The notes under the pieces are model-generated. The model was not told the origin of the DNA. It made no database searches and worked only from the letters and a program-made list of their open reading frames with translations. A DNA stretch of 25,804 nucleotides, from contig CAIZGZ010000103.1 in assembly GCA_903932695.1 (NCBI GenBank), positions 1 through 25,804 of the forward strand, given 5' to 3'. The position numbers were made by a program, and so were the translations under genes. The first letter of the stretch is position 1; the number at the start of each line of letters is the position of its first letter. The DNA is from an uncultured Actinomycetes bacterium. GTDB taxonomy: Bacteria > Actinomycetota > Actinomycetes > Nanopelagicales > Nanopelagicaceae. Shown here piece by piece: positions 24,335-25,804 of the stretch.

Positions 24335-25804
24335 ATGTCTTTTTCAGTCACAATGCCAGCACTCGGTGAGAGCGTTACCGAAGGCACCGTTACTCGTTGG
24401 CTTAAGGCCGAAGGCGAGTTTGTTAATGTTGATGAACCACTCCTTGAAGTATCTACCGACAAAGTAGATACCGAGATTCCTTCGCCTGCATCAGGAATCC
24501 TTACTCGTATTGTTGTTCCGGTTGACTCAACTGTTGCTGTTGGAGCTGAACTCGCCGTCATCGGTGATGCTTCAGAAGCCAACGCTCCCGTTGCCGCGGC
24601 TCCAGCTGCCGCAGTCGAAACACCGGTTGTTGCTCCTGTTGCTCCTGCCCCAGTTGAACCTGTAGCACCGGTTGCACCAGTTGCTCCAGTCGCTGGCTCT
24701 TCCGCTGGTGTTGTCGTCACCATGCCAGCTCTCGGTGAGAGCGTCACCGAAGGCACGGTTACTCGTTGGCTTAAAAATGTGGGCGAGACAATCAACGTGG
24801 ATGAGCCACTTCTTGAAGTTTCCACCGACAAGGTAGATACCGAAATTCCTTCGCCTGCCACAGGCACCATCTTGGCGATCGATGTTCCCGTTGACTCGAC
24901 TGTTGCAGTAGGCGCACGTCTAGCGCTCATTGGAGCAGCGGGTGCAGTTGCCGCACCGGCTACCCCAGTTACTCCAGCTCCTGTAGCGCCACCAGTTACT
25001 CCAGCTCCTGTAGCGCCACCAGTTGCACCTGTTGCACCTGTTGCACCAGCTCCAGTAGCGGCACCGGTAGCACCTGTTGCACCAGCAACTCCTGTTGCTC
25101 AACTCGACGATGCGTATGTCACCCCTATTGTTCGCAAACTCGCTAACGAGCTTGGCGTCAATCTCGCTTCCGTAAAAGGAAGTGGCATCGGCGGTCGCAT
25201 TCGTAAAGAAGATATTGAAGCTGCGGCTAAGCCCGCACCAACATCTGCAGTCGCTGCGCCAGTTTCTTCAAACGCCAAGGCGACAGCGCCGGTCGCGGTC
25301 TCACCACTTCGTGGCACAACCGTCACCATGTCGCGTTTGCGCAAGGTGATCGCAGCTCGCATGGTTGAGTCGCTACAAGTAAGCGCACAACTCACTACTG
25401 TGATCGAAGTAGATGTCACAAAGATTGCTCGACTTCGCGCAACCGCTAAGAGCTCGTTCCAGGAGCGTGAGGGCGTCAATCTCACCTTCTTGCCATTCTT
25501 TGCCGTCGCTGTCTGCGAAGCTCTCAAGCAGCATCCGGTCGTCAACGCTTCTATTGATGGAGATCAAGTTACTTATCACGGTGCAGAACACTTGGGTATC
25601 GCGGTTGATACCGAGCGTGGTCTCCTTGTTCCAGTTATTCGTGATGCCGGTGACCTCAATATCGGTGGCGTTGCTCGAAAGATCTCTGACGTCGCTGCTC
25701 GCACTCGTGACAACAAGATTTCGCCAGATGAACTCGGTGGCGGAACATTCACCATCACCAACACAGGCAGTCGCGGCGCTCTCTTTGATACGCCAATCAT
25801 CAAT
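24335..25804 (+). CDS. sucB: dihydrolipoamide acyltransferase E2 (SucB/DlaT) with two lipoyl domains; runs off the window
   Basis: Not in ORF track because no stop lies in the window. AGGAG then ATG 24335. [24 protein letters not shown]...[14 protein letters not shown] occurs twice, then Ala/Pro linkers, E3-binding [10 protein letters not shown]...[12 protein letters not shown], and catalytic-domain [12 protein letters not shown]...[11 protein letters not shown]. Confidence 0.95.
   Translation, partial: MSFSVTMPALGESVTEGTVTRWLKAEGEFVNVDEPLLEVSTDKVDTEIPSPASGILTRIVVPVDSTVAVGAELAVIGDASEANAPVAAAPAAAVETPVVAPVAPAPVEPVAPVAPVAPVAGSSAGVVVTMPALGESVTEGTVTRWLKNVGETINVDEPLLEVSTDKVDTEIPSPATGTILAIDVPVDSTVAVGARLALIGAAGAVAAPATPVTPAPVAPPVTPAPVAPPVAPVAPVAPAPVAAPVAPVAPATPVAQLDDAYVTPIVRKLANELGVNLASVKGSGIGGRIRKEDIEAAAKPAPTSAVAAPVSSNAKATAPVAVSPLRGTTVTMSRLRKVIAARMVESLQVSAQLTTVIEVDVTKIARLRATAKSSFQEREGVNLTFLPFFAVAVCEALKQHPVVNASIDGDQVTYHGAEHLGIAVDTERGLLVPVIRDAGDLNIGGVARKISDVAARTRDNKISPDELGGGTFTITNTGSRGALFDTPIIN
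24353..24910 (+). repeat. internal duplication of the lipoyl domain (copies start at 24353 and 24722, offset 369 nt)
   Basis: ATGCCAGCACTCGGTGAGAGCGTTACCGAAGGCACCGTTACTCGTTGGCTTAA versus ATGCCAGCTCTCGGTGAGAGCGTCACCGAAGGCACGGTTACTCGTTGGCTTAA. Confidence 0.85.
24965..25024 (+). repeat. exact in-frame 27-bp tandem repeat (x2 plus partial) in the E2 linker, encoding PVTPAPVAP
   Basis: CCAGTTACTCCAGCTCCTGTAGCGCCA at 24965-24991 and 24992-25018, then CCAGTT; followed by 9-bp GTTGCACCT units. Confidence 0.9.

Noticed and set aside
24313-24930. 205-aa minus-strand ORF, and similar shadow ORFs (3569-4057, 15096-15611, 25099-25545, 13147-13341 and others)
   Set aside because: Antisense or alternative-frame shadows of well-supported genes, with no motifs.
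24965-25110. Repeats considered as CRISPR or intergenic VNTR
   Set aside because: In-frame coding repeats inside the E2 linker, with no spacers and no cas genes.

Overview
Core-genome region of an actinobacterium. Tight gene packing, overlapping stop codons, mid-50s % GC by eye and many apparently leaderless genes suggest a streamlined, planktonic, Nanopelagicales/acI-like organism (inference). Gene order: partial LysE exporter, aldo-keto reductase and esterase (-); stand-alone DEDDh exonuclease (+); trpD (-); ctaE-qcrCAB (+); GNAT acetyltransferase and an unannotated 39-aa membrane sORF (+); ctaC-ctaD-ctaF (-); degenerate cysteine-desulfurase-like gene (+); adoK and A-type Fe-S carrier (-); nadA and DUF3043 (+); second aldo-keto reductase (-); cobalamin riboswitch with btuFCD-type ABC importer (+); gcvT (-); pepA, lpdA and partial sucB (+). 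I see no rRNA, tRNA, CRISPR array or mobile element. I cannot demonstrate a new multi-gene system here. The best leads are: (1) apparent coordinated loss of the Mg/Mn site of the aa3 oxidase in both CtaD and CtaC; (2) a class V PLP-fold protein lacking the PLP Lys/His but keeping the persulfide Cys loop; (3) a short cobalamin riboswitch followed by a uORF that stops inside a terminator/anti-SD hairpin; (4) a 39-aa membrane sORF with a sequestered SD between the two respiratory operons; (5) lipobox absence in CtaC and BtuF. All motif alignments and RNA pairings were done by eye.
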